DNA of 64,000 nt, taken from positions 9,819,957-9,883,956 of the forward strand of contig MU053881.1 of the NCBI GenBank assembly GCA_013239625.1. The letters run 5' to 3'. Source of the DNA: Lama guanicoe. Its lineage: Eukaryota. This document shows, piece after piece, positions 1-12,990 of this stretch. A program made the translations under genes and the position numbers. The notes beneath the pieces were generated by a model. That model had not been told where the DNA came from. It made no database searches and saw only the letters and a list, made by a program, of their open reading frames with translations. Each line of letters starts with the position of its first letter. The stretch's first letter is position 1.

Positions 1-728
1 GGTATTCTAATTCTACAAAGACTACCAAACTCCTGGGAACCTTAGTGCCTTGTCCAGTCATGTCAAATTAGTACCATTCTTGGGGACCAGGTTGTACTGA
101 GCCATGCAAAAGCCAGCAACTCACCTGTCTGTGCCAAAGGTTATAACTGATGGCAGGTTTGTCTGCAGTGATATGCAACAGAGGCGCATTTCTCTTAACT
201 ATGTAGGAATGAGGCCATCACAACTTGGGACCATATGGAAAGGAAGCATCAGGTTGATACACAGCATATACAAGTCAAATTCCAACTTCATTTTTCTTCC
301 TCTCTTCCTTCCCAAGAATAGAGTTTTAAAACACCTTTGGAAATACGTGAGCCATTGTCTGGCATTTGGAGAACTTTTTCATGCATCCATATATATTTAG
401 AATTTCGTATGGCTCGAGGTAATTATTTATGTAACGAGTTTTATATTTGCATGTAGGCTGAAGTATATATAAATGTATACGGAAATGCAAATTTTTAATT
501 ATTTATACTGTGAATAGAACTAGGCTTTGGTATCCTCTACATATTCCAAAGAAGACAACTCTAATATTTCATTCAGATTCCCCTCCCTTTCGAAGTCCTA
601 CATCGACTCTTCTTTAAAAATCTAGATCACACCCCTTCTACTTAAGCCCCACCATATTCACAGTTCTTACCCCATTATACTGTCTGACTATTTATTTGAG
701 TACATAAATCCAGTTTCCTGTGGAGCAT

Positions 729-772
729 TACGTGCCAAACACTGTGCTACTACGTGCCGAACACTGTGCTAC
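729..772. repeat. 22-bp tandem duplication
   Basis: tacgtgccaaacactgtgctac (729-750) is followed immediately by tacgtgccgaacactgtgctac (751-772), 1 mismatch. Confidence 0.9.
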
Positions 773-3664
773 AAATGTTGTAAGTGATGGTAGAGATTTC
801 CATTTGACTCCACGCAATGTGAGGCAGCTAGAGCACTCTACTCCCACGCAAATCCATTAAAAGCCCAACACGATCCTGGGCACACAATTTTTTGTTTGTT
901 TAATATTTAGACTCACGGCTGAGCTCCTGGGGAGAAAAAAGATCCCCTTTTTCTGGTAATTTCCATCATTTCTTCAAATGCATCCATGGAAACCCCTGGG
1001 GCTTCAAGGCAGTGCTTGGATTCTTTAAAAAGTGTTTTTACAAAGGAATTCATCTATAATCAAAGCAGCAATAATGAGTCAACCTGGGAAACATGATAAT
1101 TTCTCCTAAGGGTTAAGTTGTTTCAAATCAGAAGTCAAAATTATATTTATCCTAATGACAACCTTAAAAATGTAACACAGCATCCAATTTTTGCATAAAA
1201 ATTACACATTTTAAATACCAAAAGCTTGATGTGAATTTTACACTCTGTTTATGTTAAACCAAAAAAGTGAACTTAAAAGTAATCATGTAAATTGAATGAT
1301 AATAAGAGTTCTTTTATATTTTTAGACTACTTCAAATGAATAATTTAAAAGGCATCAAGCAAAATATTTTATTAACATAAAGTTAATGGTATATTTTTAT
1401 AGTACCTGATTTTCAAAAATTTGCACTAAGACATTATCATAATCAGCTCATGTCAGTTGTGTGCCATTTTACATACACTATTTTTGAATAAAGTTAATGC
1501 ACTCATTGGCGCAGAAGCTCAGTTTAAATCTCATTCCTGAACTACCACTGCTAGCCTTATTAAAATACTTTTAATTTGCCAACTTCTACGTAAATCTGAG
1601 GTGAAGATGGCTCTACTCATGGAAATGTAATTTCTGTCAGCAGTGTTTCTGATTCTATAACGAGGTCAAATAAAAAATTTGAGACATTTTTGTTCAAATA
1701 GGAGGGAAATCATAAGAATAGGCAGGTTACCCACCATGAAATAGAGCAGAAAGTATTTTTACTAGGAAATCACATCATGATACAAATAAAACTTTATGGT
1801 GGTTACTCTCCTATAAATTAGGTATTTATTCTTTTCCCATTACTGGGCCTTTTCTCAATGTGTTGGCTTAAACTGTAATATAAATCTGTAAATTACACGT
1901 GCCAAAGAGAATTGGCTTATTTTCAAATATGAATTTTCATGTACAATAATTTTACAGCAGATTATATTTGATATAAAATTGGGCAATTATTCAATAATGT
2001 CTCTTTTATGTGTTAAAAAGAACAGAATAAATATCCTTTGACACTGCAAACTGTTCTGCCCTCCTAATTGACATCTGGCCTACAATACTACAATTTGATG
2101 GATCTTATGGTAAAGGATGACACATACTTAACTTACAAAGTCAGTTTGAAATTTGATTTCTGATTATCAGTTCTCTTTTCTATTAGTTAGTTTATCCAGC
2201 AAGTTTCACCATGAAATAATTTATTCCCTAAGTGAATCTCATTACAGATCCTCTAACTGATGGATATTAAACTGAACAAGCATCAGGTCCACTTTCTTGA
2301 GTACCCAAGAGGAAAAAAAAAGGGCTGTCTTACTGGAGAATCCTAAACACATTTGGGGTCAATTGCACTCAGTTATTTTTACGTAATTTTTTTGCTTTCT
2401 CTTTGTCTTCCACCCGGAGTGCTTCTCTGAGTGTCATATTCCATCCTTGATTTGCCCCAGCAAGTCTCACTGGTATTTTGTACTTGAATAAAAGGCTCAG
2501 AATAGTCTTTTAGAAGGCTTTAAATAAATAAATGGATGCGCGCCAAGAATGTATTTTTTTCATTGCTCCTGAGAATTTCTTTAAACTCCCATTGGTTGCC
2601 CATGAACAAAGAACATTTTTTTTCTATTTCTCTAGATGTTTTAAACTTTGTTTTCTTAGCATCTATTTTCTTTCCCGTAGTGTGTGTGTTTTAGTCGAAT
2701 AGTGCTTTTGAGTGCCCAGGCACTGCTGTGATAAGTGCCACAGAAATACTTATGTGGAAAGATAGATTACTCAGAACTGGCTCCCATCCTCCTTTTTCCA
2801 AACAAAACTTCGAGTGACAGGAAAAAAAAAAACCCACAAAAACCAAAATGCCACCCGTTTATAAAAATCAATGGTGCTTTTGTATGCATAAGGAGTATGG
2901 AATTATGTCAAAAGGAGTGATAAAATCAATGACTGAGCCCTAGAAGATGGTCTTTTCTTTAGAAGAAAAACAGTTGAAAATTAAAAATAATAATAATAAT
3001 TAAAAAAGACGAAGCCTCAGAAGCAGGGTATTTCCCTGGGAATTTCACCCGCACAGGTTGTAAGTGATTGGATTCCTTCTTCTCTAAGCTTACAAGGAAT
3101 TAAGAATAAATAGATTTCTCAAACACTATAAAATAAAATGCAGAGAAAGCAGGACCATAGCCACTAGATAAGCAACTGCAGACGCAGGGCTCTAGAAACA
3201 AACTCGGCATGTTTAATTACCCTTATCAAAAGACTTGGAACTTTGATAATATACTATGTAGAAATTGCTGGAACATTTGAGAATAGTCTGAATTAAAAAT
3301 TCCACTTGATGGTGAGTTAAAATAAAATCGGAAAAGATGGGGAGGGCGAATACGGTGTCCCAAGCGCTTTCCCTCAGTACGTCAGTGTGTTTATAATCAC
3401 CCAGTGCACATCTGAAGCCCCAGCGTGTTCAAATGATTAATTTCAAAAAGAAACAAAACAAGAGGATTTTGGTATGTGCAGTCCAGTGGCCTACTTCAAA
3501 GATGCCATGAGCAGAGAACAGTTTGTGGTGGAAATTCTTTTCCTCTGGGGTTTCCCATTGCCATTCAATATTCAGGATGCTTTTCCCATGTTTTTCCTAG
3601 CATGGTATATACCCTTCTTCTCTAAAGAGCCCAGACATTATTTGGGGGAAAAAGAGAGGGGGAC

Positions 3665-3716
<52 letters not shown>
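3665..3716. repeat. (GA)n microsatellite
   Basis: Near-perfect GA dinucleotide run; explains the ERERER tail of ORF 3474..3722. Confidence 0.95.
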
Positions 3717-3719
<3 letters not shown>

Positions 3720-4429
3720 TGACAGAAATCATTGGAGTTTCAGTTTCATGGAAACCATGTCACCCCGGGGAGCCAATGTTACGTCTTTTCTGAAGTGAAC
3801 CCCATATGGGTAAAGTGCCTTGCATCATGTTTGTGTGCTCTGAAACCAAAGAGAAGCATTTTAATTAATTTCTGGTTCTCTCTGGCTCATTCCTGTCAAC
3901 CACAGGCTATTTATGAAGCTGCTAATGGCTAGCCAGCTTATCCTAGAACTTCTCTATTCTTCCCAACTGGGTTTTAACGTTACACTGTATCCCCAAGCTT
4001 ACCTGCAAAACTCTCAGTGTGTGTGTGTTTCTTTTTTTTTCTGTCACTGCATTATTATGTTAACGTGTTCAGACCTTGGGCTAGCTGCTTCTTTCCTGCA
4101 TGACTCCTCTACTAGATTGTGAGCCTTAACTAAGGGGAACCCTCTATTCCTGGAAGCCCTGTCACTTGGAACTACTCATTGGCCCCACAATTCACTGATT
4201 ATTTTCATGACTGTAGAATTGGAGGCTCTCCTTCTTCCTGAGATGCATTTTCCTCCTTTGTTCACCTGGGGGTTTCAACTGCCTTCTCTGGGAATTTGCC
4301 CCAGTTCCACCCCATCCCTGCTGACTTAGCAGGATGCAGTGTTTCAGTGAGTATGCTGTGGCAAACGCTCTACATACCTTCTATTCAGCACATACCACGG
4401 AATTATCTGTACTGTCCTCTCTCCTCCAT

Positions 4430-4520
4430 TCCTTCAGCGTGCTGTTTTCTATGTCTTTATGTCCCAAGTATTGAGCAGAGTTCTTGGCATAAAAATAGAT
4501 ACTTGATAAATGTTTACTGC
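4430..4520 (+). mobile_element. L2 LINE 3' end fragment
   Basis: gcagagttcttggcataaaaatagatacttgataaatgtttact resembles the L2 terminal motif (cctggcacatagtaggtgctcaataaatgtttg). Confidence 0.55.
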
Positions 4521-5199
4521 TCGCCTTTGCATCTTTCACATTGCCTTACATGACTCTGCTTCAAACAGACACCGAATAAGGTTGGCTAAACAGGATGACA
4601 TGTTTTCCTAAAAGAATCTTCCCAGTTATGGAATAAGCATGATGGAATATACATATTGGGCTGTCATATAACAATCTCCTTTTCCCATGTGCCCACAGCA
4701 AGGCACCTAACCCAAGCAGAAACAATGAGAATTCCTTTGGCAAAAAAAAAAAAAAAAAAGATGAGGAAGGGAAGGTTAGAGAAAGACAGAGAACTCTCCA
4801 TTGAGATTCTGCCTTTGGGTGACTGAACTTGTAGCCTGTAACTCTGCTCTGCCAACAACTGTATTCAGTTGGGCAGACTGAGGAGACTGAAAGAGCTAAC
4901 TTAGGGTTAGTTTTTAGAGAAGAGCAAAAAGGAAATGCGGAAGGGATAACTCTAGACAGTCTTTCTGCTGGTGGTTCCAGACACGTTTTAAGGGACTGGC
5001 TAAATTGCTTTCCTTGGGTTTTGTGAGATCTCCCTGAATCCTTAAAATGAACTCTTCCTGCTCTACTGTATCTTGCTCAGTTTGGCTTGCTACTTATGAC
5101 AGGAGGATTCCTAATTTTTTTCAGGAGAAGTTCCTAAGGATATAAAGATTCTCAGAGAAGATGACTGTCAGGATGGTTTGTATTACTCTTCTCACTGCC

Positions 5200-6095
5200 T
5201 AGATTCGTTCTCTATTGATGCTGTAACAAATTATCTCACGTTTAATGGCTTAAAACAACACAGATTCATTATTTGACAGTTCCAAAGGCCTAAAGTCTGA
5301 GACAGGTCTCAACAGGACCAAGTCACGGTATTAGCACGGCTGCATTCCTTTCTGAGGCCTCTAGGGGAGAACGCATTTCCTTGTCTTTTACAGCTCCCAG
5401 AGGCTGCCTTCATTCCTAGGCTCACAGTCTCCTTCCTCTGTATGAAAAAAAAAGGAAAGAAAAGAAAGGAAGAAAGAAAGAAAGGAAGGAAGAAAGGAAG
5501 AAAGAAAGAAAGAAAAAGAAAGAAAGAAAGAAGGAAATGAACTGATTTACAAACCAGAAATGTACTCAAAGAAAAAGCAAACAAACTATGATTACCAAAG
5601 GGGAAAGGGAAAGGGGCAGAGGGGTAAAGTAGGAGTTTGGGATTAACACATACACACTACTATCTATTAAAGAGATCAATGACAAGGATCTACTGCAGAG
5701 CACCGGGAACTGTATTCAACATTTTGTAGTCACCTATAATGGTAAAGAATCTGAAAAAAATATATATGTATGTGTAAATGAATCACTTTGCTGTGCATCT
5801 GAAACTAACGCAATCTGTAAATCAACCATACTTCAATTTAAAAAAAGACATCAATAGTGGCTTGAATGCTTCACACACCATATCCCTCTGACCTCCTCCT
5901 CTGCCCAACTCTTCCATTTTTATGGACTGTGTGATTACACTGGGCCATTCCAGATAACCCTGGATAATATCCCCATCTCAAATTCCTTAATGTAATCTGC
6001 AGAGTACTATGTGTCATGCAAGGGAACATGGTCACAGATTCTGGGGATTAGAACACGGACCTTTTTTAAAGGGGAGGAATTATTCCACCTACTAC
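5200..6095 (-). mobile_element. MaLR MLT1C/D-type LTR split by an L1 insertion (halves ~5200-5440 and ~5848-6095)
   Basis: Reverse-strand MLT1 motifs: gctgtaacaaatt..ggcttaaaacaacacag, tctgaggcctctaggggaga, gtgattacactgggcc..cagataacc, tctggggattagaac. Confidence 0.8.
5441..5847 (+). mobile_element. L1 3' UTR fragment with (GAAA)n-rich expansion at its 5' side
   Basis: aaatgaactgatttacaaaccagaaa..attaccaaaggggaaaggg..gggaactgtattcaa..gaatcactttgctgt..cttcaatt + A tail; homologous to 32035-32350 in this window. Confidence 0.9.
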
Positions 6096-6179
6096 CCATC
6101 AAGCCGTAAGTTGTGATGACCTGCATTGTTGTGTACCACAATCCCTGCCTCCAGAAAAACAAACAAACAAATAAACGAA

Positions 6180-6300
6180 ACTAGAGTGTAAGTTCCGTGA
6201 AAGCTTGATGTTTTTGTCTTGTTGACTGCCATTCCCTCCAGTGCCTACAACAGGACCTGGTACAGTATATGTGTTCAATAAATATCTGATAAAATAAATT
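6180..6300 (+). mobile_element. L2 LINE 3' end
   Basis: ctagagtgtaagttccgtga..cagtgcctacaacaggacctggtacagta..ttcaataaatat. Confidence 0.75.
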
Positions 6301-6659
6301 TAATCAGTCCCCCTGTAAACTCTGGAGTTTTTTCCTACCTTTTATTAGAAAAGATTTACAGCAAGAGAACATCAATATGTGAATTCTGCTTTTTAAGGTT
6401 TCACCTCGTCAGAGGCTTATAACGTCTATATGCAAGGGCTTTGGGTCAGGCAGACCTGATTTAAATCCTTTCCTCATTTCCTTGCATGAGACAGAAAATG
6501 CAAAACACCCAGCATAGTTTACCATGAACCAAACACTGTTCTAACTACTTAACATGCGTGTTCTCATTTTATCTTCGTAAAGCTGCTGCAAAGTGGAATC
6601 ATGGAAGGCTTCCTCCATGGTGGGTAAAATAGGACACGAGCACGTCCTTCTGCCTTGTC

Positions 6660-7569
6660 TGCGGTAGACAGAATAATGCCTGACTCCAAAGATCCTCATG
6701 TTCTAATCCCCAAATACAAGTTTCCTCTGCTCTCTGAAAGCAGAGTGTTCCTACAAAGATTTTCGTAAACTGAAATGGTGTAAAGCAAAGAAGTAATTAC
6801 CTTAGGACACATCTTGCTAACTGATGCACAAAATAAATCAAGCTAAAGCACAGATGCTCATGGACCCCGTTCAAATCTGTGGTGGCTTGACGCTGAGATG
6901 CTGAGAGTAGTTCTCAGGAAAGGAGTTCAGTGAAAGCTATTTTCCTTTTCCACCTTTTTTTATTTTTTGTAAAAGTGAAAATTCCTCTTCAGATTTCTTT
7001 TAGTTCATGAAAACAGGCGCTAATGTAGGTCTTCCATAAAAGCAAAGTTGTGTAAGTTGGAGTTATGAAAAGCAGGGAATACGTACATGGCCCTGGAAAC
7101 TGAATATGCTAAATTTCATGGCAAAATAGAACAGTGGTTGTAGATCAAATGAAGGTGGATAATCAGCCGACCTTAAGACAGAGAAATTATCCTGTATTAT
7201 GCATGTGGGACCAGTGTAATCACAAAGGTTCTTAAAAGTGGAAGAGGGATGCAGAAAAAAAAAGTCATAAGAAGATGTTACAATGAAAGAATGGTCAGAG
7301 AAATAAAACGTTGCTGACTTTGAATTTGGAGGAAGGAGATCATGAGCCAAGGAATGTAGACAACTGTAGAATGTGGGAAGAGACAGACAATGGATTTAAC
7401 CTCTAGAGACTCCTGAAAGAAATGCAGCCCTGTTGGCACCTTGATTTAATTCCAGAGAGACTCATGTTGGTATTTCTAACCTGCTGAACTATTAAAAAAT
7501 AAATGTGTGTTGTTTTAAGCCACTCAGTTTGTAGTAACTTGTTATAGCAGCAAATCAAAAAACCTGTAC
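6660..7569 (+). mobile_element. MaLR MLT1D-type LTR split by a DNA transposon (6660-6716 and ~7086-7569)
   Basis: Start tgcggtagacagaataatg; body aattatcctg..gtaatcacaaaggttcttaaaagtggaagaggg; end ttttaagccactcagtttgtagtaacttgttatagcagcaa. Confidence 0.85.
6717..7083. mobile_element. Tc1/mariner Tigger-like non-autonomous DNA transposon (MITE)
   Basis: Flanked by TA (6715-6716 and 7084-7085); degenerate TIRs caagtttcctctgct / agcagggaatacg; interrupts the MLT1 LTR; exact subfamily not certain. Confidence 0.7.
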
Positions 7570-8599
7570 TGAGCAATTTCTAATTTCCCTTGAGCAAATT
7601 TCACTGTATTTCTTTTATCGTTTTCCCCTCAATCTGCTCTCTCTCCTTCTTTCTTTCTCTTTATTCCTCACCACTGCTTTTTTGCCTCTTCCCATTCCAG
7701 GTTTGGGTACCCATCTTCAGGGAGTTGGGAAGAACAACCTTGTCTGCAAGTTCACTGATTTTTTTCAGGACCACGGACAGTGGTCTCATTTACTTAAGAA
7801 AACACAAATAAGCTATGCAATTATCTTGAAAACAACTTCATTTTGAAATTTATTTCTAAATTTTACTTTTATTCAAAACCCTTGTCTTCACACATGTCTT
7901 GATCCCGCAAGCCAAGCCCCTATGGCATCAGATATCTCATTATTAACTTATCAATTGTTTGAAGATTTTCATTAGCACCCTATGGTGCTAAGTAAATGAA
8001 CATGCTTACTTTTTAATATTTTGATTTATACTCTTCTCAGGCTCACTTCCTGGCTTCTTATTTCTGCTCTTGTTCACAGTTTTGTCCTCAAAAAATAGTA
8101 GAAAATATGTGTGGACTGCAAATTAATGCTATTCAGCTTCAGATGGACCACACCTGTGAGTCATTTATATCACTACATTATAACATTAAAAAAATTTGCA
8201 TGTCAAAATAAAACATATATATATTGAAATGGTCAAATAATAAATTTTTGTAAGGTTTGACCTACCTAGCTGATTTTAATTCCAAATAATATTTCCAGTA
8301 GAATTTTTCAAAACCATTTCACTACCATCAAATTAACAACCTCAAACTTGTATTTCCTTCCTGCATAAGTTATTTTATTTCTATTCACTGCACAGGTTGC
8401 CTGATCACAAGAAAGAAATTCACTCAATTTTTCATCTTACTTCTTCATAATCTGTTTTCCTCCTCACATCCACTTTTTCTCTGCTCTCAGAGGAGTTTCA
8501 CTGGTCTCAAATCCAACAAGACCTACCCATACCTTTTATTCTCAAGTCCTAAAATCTCATCTGGAATACTGGTTCGTATTTATCCTTCAGACTCACCTT

Positions 8600-9060
8600 C
8601 ATCACTTGACTATGTCCTTGATTTCTGCCTTCAAGTTTACTCAGATCTTCCTTTTAAAAATAAACTTGCCCTTGACACTGCTATTGCTTACTGAAATATC
8701 TGCCAACTTAAGGGGGAAAAAGATCCACATTCTCTACCTTCACTTTTCCTAACCCCACCTTAAATAGAGTTTCAGCTCTCACTGCTTAAAAGAAACCATT
8801 ATCTCAAGGTTCACTGAAGATTCCTTAACTGACAGATTTGATGTCATTTTTCCCTTCTGAGTCATCCCTACCCTGGCCACCTCCACAACAGTTGTCTGTG
8901 TATCCATTCCTCAGTGCTACCACTCTTTTTTTCTCCACTCCTTGACTCTTCCTACTCCCAGATGAGACGGTCTCCACATCTTTGCTCTTCTTTTTATCAC
9001 AGTGCTTTCTTTATATCAATTCCCAGCCTTTCCTCTTAGCTCCATACTCTTATGTTCCAT
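8600..9060 (+). mobile_element. Degenerate L2 body fragment
   Basis: tctcaaggttcactgaagattcctt..gtcatccctaccctggccacctccacaacag resembles L2 ORF2-derived consensus; pyrimidine-rich. Confidence 0.5.
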
Positions 9061-9229
9061 TGTCCTTTTAAACTTCTGTGTTTTCCCAGTGTAGAGTTGA
9101 AAAGTCAGCATTTACTTCTCTCTGGTCTCTCCAGAGAGAAAAGGTCCCTTACCTTTTATCTCCCTAATGTTTCTTAGGCCTCTCCTCTCCTTTTTAAAAC
9201 ATTAAAATATTGGGTGGAAGAGGCCTGTC

Positions 9230-9460
9230 AAAAGTGTTCTCAAAAAATCAATACTCTTAAACCATACTGTGTGTGTGATGGGGGGATGGATAGGAGGTTA
9301 AGCAGTTAAATATGCATGATCAACATTTATACTTTGTTATTTTCTTGTAGCTCTACTTTGTATATTGGCATATTAAAGGTTCTAAAAAGTCCTTCAGTTA
9401 ATAAACCTGTTTAACTCTGTTTAACCCAATGTTCCCAAACTGATTTGACCTTGTAAACAT
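9230..9460. mobile_element. hAT-Charlie family fossil (MER103/MER117-like)
   Basis: taaaggttctaaaaagtccttcag..aaacctgtttaactctgtttaacccaatgttcccaaactgatttgacc. Confidence 0.5.
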
Positions 9461-9519
9461 TCTGCTCATCATTTTTTATAACATTTTGTTGAGCACAAAG
9501 GGAAATGTCTTCCTAACAG

Positions 9520-9760
9520 AACAGACATTTTCTTTGGAGTCTGACAAACACATTCAAATCCTGATTTTGGTACTTATTAGCTCTGTGGGCAAGCTATTTA
9601 GCCTCTTTGAGCTCCTTCTATTCCTTCAGAATTAGTAACAACTACCTTGAAACCATCTCTTGAGGACAAGAGATAGTGAATTAATAACTCCATGTGGTGT
9701 CTAGCACACAGCGAGTGCACCCTAAATGTTAGCATCATCAGTGTCGTTATTATTACTGCA
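9520..9760 (+). mobile_element. MIR SINE
   Basis: ctttggagtctgac..ttcaaatcctg..acttattagctctgtgggcaag..tagcacacag..taaatgttagc. Confidence 0.75.
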
Positions 9761-10929
9761 TTATAGTCATTTATAATGTCTTACACATACTACATTACAG
9801 TATATCCTGACGTCTCAATGACTCATATTCTTGGTAGAATGTCTCACACATAGCTTTGCTCCATAAACACTGGGATGAAGATATGATGTATATAGTAGAA
9901 GGGTGAGATGCAGGAAAAAGATGAGTTTTTTAAAAATTATTCTGTTACATCATATTTGAGTTGAAGAGGAGACACTGCTCTGTTAATAAATTAATACCCA
10001 AGCTTGTGTCTAAAAACCACACCAATTTTTCAGTGGAAAAATTCCAGTAGTTAATAGATAGTTTATAAGCAGTTGGGAAAACATCTTGGAAATTAAAATG
10101 TATTATTTTCATCATTAACTGCTGTTTTTGAAATAGTTACTTGAATGAATTCATTTCCCTCTCTTTTATTTTCTGCTACACTGTGTTTGGTATTCTTATT
10201 AAAACAGCATGCATCCACAGCCATGGAACGAGGGAGTTCCTACTACGCCTTCCAACAACACTTAAGACATTTCAAAAGGATGCCGTGCAGTTGTTCTGAC
10301 AGTGCAGTGATATGCGTATCTCCAAGACACACACAGAAACTCTACAACCTCTGGTTTCTGTGTTGATCTAACTGATAGAATTTCTATGGTGTAGTTACCT
10401 AGGATATAAACTAAAGCCAAGAAAATAATACCACTTTCTGTGTGATAAAATAACAAATTTGGTTGAGAAGTAAGCATACTAAAATACATAATGTAGTGAG
10501 CATACTGACATAGTAAAAATAAATAAATAACCTTTAAAAAAGCATAATTTACTTAGTGAAGTCTGAATCTGAAAGGCCAAATTTGTTTAAACAAAGATGG
10601 TCAAACCAGTTGTTCTGAAGGTAATTGAGAACAATAATTTGCACTCTATATCATTTTTCAATGGGTTAGTCAATCAAATGCTAACTTTTATCCTTTTTTT
10701 TTTTTAACTTACTGGTCAACATAGGCTGAGTCACACATGACATGACATGCTGGTCATGATAACAACACAACCAACTTCCCATTCTTGCTGAAAGTCCTTT
10801 ACCAACACTCTCTAGCTCACAGAAGCAATCATCAGGTTACTACCTGTGCCAGAGCAAGACTGATTCAAAACACAGGCCTTACGTTTGCTGTTTTTTCTGC
10901 TTGAAATCATCTTTTCTTAGGGGCATTGT

Positions 10930-11140
10930 AGTGTTTTAATTAACAGACAAGATTTGGGTTCAAATTCTAGCTCTGACATTTACAACCTTGAGCAAAGGAC
11001 TTAATCTCTATGCATTTCAGATTCTTGTCCTGTAAACTTATTAATAATCTTGTCTACCCACAGGACGATTCTGAGGATTAAATAAGTTAGTGTGTGTAAC
11101 GCATATGGAACAATGTTTGCACAGGGTAGCGCTACGTGTG
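10930..11140 (+). mobile_element. MIR SINE
   Basis: gggttcaaattctagctctgacatttac..ccttgagcaa..cttaatctct..ctgtaaa..tgaggattaaat. Confidence 0.75.
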
Positions 11141-12089
11141 TCTGCTTCCATCTTCACTATCACCACCACCACCATTATCATCTTTGCATGACTGGCTCCT
11201 TTACTTATGTTTCCTCCCCAGAGAGGCCTGCACTGACCAACCTATGTGAAGAAGTCCCCAAACCATTTTCTTTCTAGCACTTTTCACTTTTGCATTTTTT
11301 CCCATTCTTCTCCCTTCATAGAACAGTCTTTTTTGTTGTTCTTGTTCAGTGTTCTACTTCCAGTGCTTAATGGAGAACCTTGCATGTAGTAGGTACTCAA
11401 TAAACACTGCGCTGGTGCGCCATGATACAGCCTGGTTTAAAAATCTCTACCTAATAATGTCTAAATCAGTAGAAATGACTATTTCCAAAACTTGGTCTAA
11501 ATAATTTATAGGCACTAGTTGGTTGTGAGTGCGAGAAGAATTCAGCAGACACTAAAAATCAAGACGTGATGAACCAGATTCTCTGGAAGTCAAAGCTTCT
11601 GAGTCCCAGTAAGCTGCTATGTGCACCTGTGCAATAAATCCCCGTTTAAATTACGCTGGCCTGATGAGGTCTCTCTTCCTACCCAAGATGCTTAAACAAC
11701 AGAGCTGCAAGTTCTTTGCTCCAAAACTCTATTTCAACTCAGACTGAATAATGGTATGGTGAGAGAAAATAAAAAATAAATAAAATAAAATAAAACACAA
11801 AATACGTTCTATTTTCCCCAAACATAAAAGCCAATTTAGACAGCTGAAATTTGTAACCAGCATGTGTAAACAGCTAAAGTTAGAAGAGGAGTCAACAATT
11901 TTCCATGGTCTCATGGGGCCTTATATTTGTCAGTTAATTAAAATGACCTGAAGTGTTGAACTGTCTTTCTCTAGGGGATATTTTAAATAATTCCCTATTT
12001 CCCAGAGGAATAACCATTTAGTTTCACTCTCATTTTTTTGTTGTTGTTGTTGTTGGGAAAATAAGGGCACAAGCAAGTCAATTAGCTTT

Positions 12090-12560
12090 TCTGGGTTCAG
12101 AGCCTTCAGAATTTTAAAGTAAACCTGGCCCCCCACCAACTTCATTTTGCAGGTGAAGAAAATGAGGCCCAGAGAGAAGAGTACTTTGCCCAAAATTACC
12201 TGCAGCTAGTTTAGGTCTTTCTCCTACAACAGACTGTATTATCCTTCACTAAGAGCCCAGAAAGTAAGCTCATGACAGGATTCAGCTCAAAGCCATACTT
12301 AGAACGTAATCACACCAGATGATAAAAACAGAAACCAGTAGTGGTGGTGCTAGTGAGCAGTAACTGGGTGTTTACTTGGCTCAGGTACTCCGTTAGTCAT
12401 TTGTGCGTGTTAAACTCAGGACACCCTCACGAAGTAGTTATCATCATTACCATTTTGCAGATGAAGAGAGACTTTACAGGGGTTGCCCTGAACCTGGTCA
12501 CTCAGCTAACAAACTGCTGAACAGAAATCTGAATCAAATTCGGATTTGACTGTAAACCTC
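12090..12560 (-). mobile_element. Two MIR fragments (~12090-12215, ~12360-12560)
   Basis: cattttgcaggtgaagaaaatgaggcccagagag and cattttgcagatgaagag..ggtcactcagctaac core motifs. Confidence 0.7.
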
Positions 12561-12574
12561 ACATTGCTGGCTGT

Positions 12575-12905
12575 GAGGCCAAGTCTAGCCCCACGAGCCA
12601 ATTCTGGTGCACTGCCTGTTTCTTTGTGGCCCCGAGTTAAGAACAGGTTTTTTTTTTTGTTTTTTTTTTACATTTTAAAGGATTGAAAAAGCAGAACAGT
12701 TTTTCATGACACTTGAAATTATATGAAATTCAAATTTTGGTGTCCGTAATAAATAAAATTTTATTGGAACAGAACCATGTTCTTTTGTTTACATTTTTTC
12801 TATGGCTGTTTCCATGCTCAGAGCTGAGAGGTTAGGACAGAGACCACATAGACTTCCAAGCATAAAATGTTGATGATCTGGCCCTTTTCTGAGTTTGCAG
12901 CCCCC
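12575..12905. mobile_element. MER58B-like hAT-Charlie MITE
   Basis: tgcctgtttctttgtggcccc..gaaattatatgaaattcaaattt..aaaattttattggaacag..cagagaccaca..atctggcccttt. Confidence 0.8.
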
Positions 12906-12990
12906 TTATTCATAAAGTTCTTAATCATTATCCATACCACTGCCAAAGTGAGTAATTAGAAATAAAACTACAATGCAACTACAATTGAAA

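Noticed and set aside
5309..5584. Phe-rich 91-aa ORF
   Set aside because: Antisense translation of the (GAAA)n tract plus MLT1 sequence
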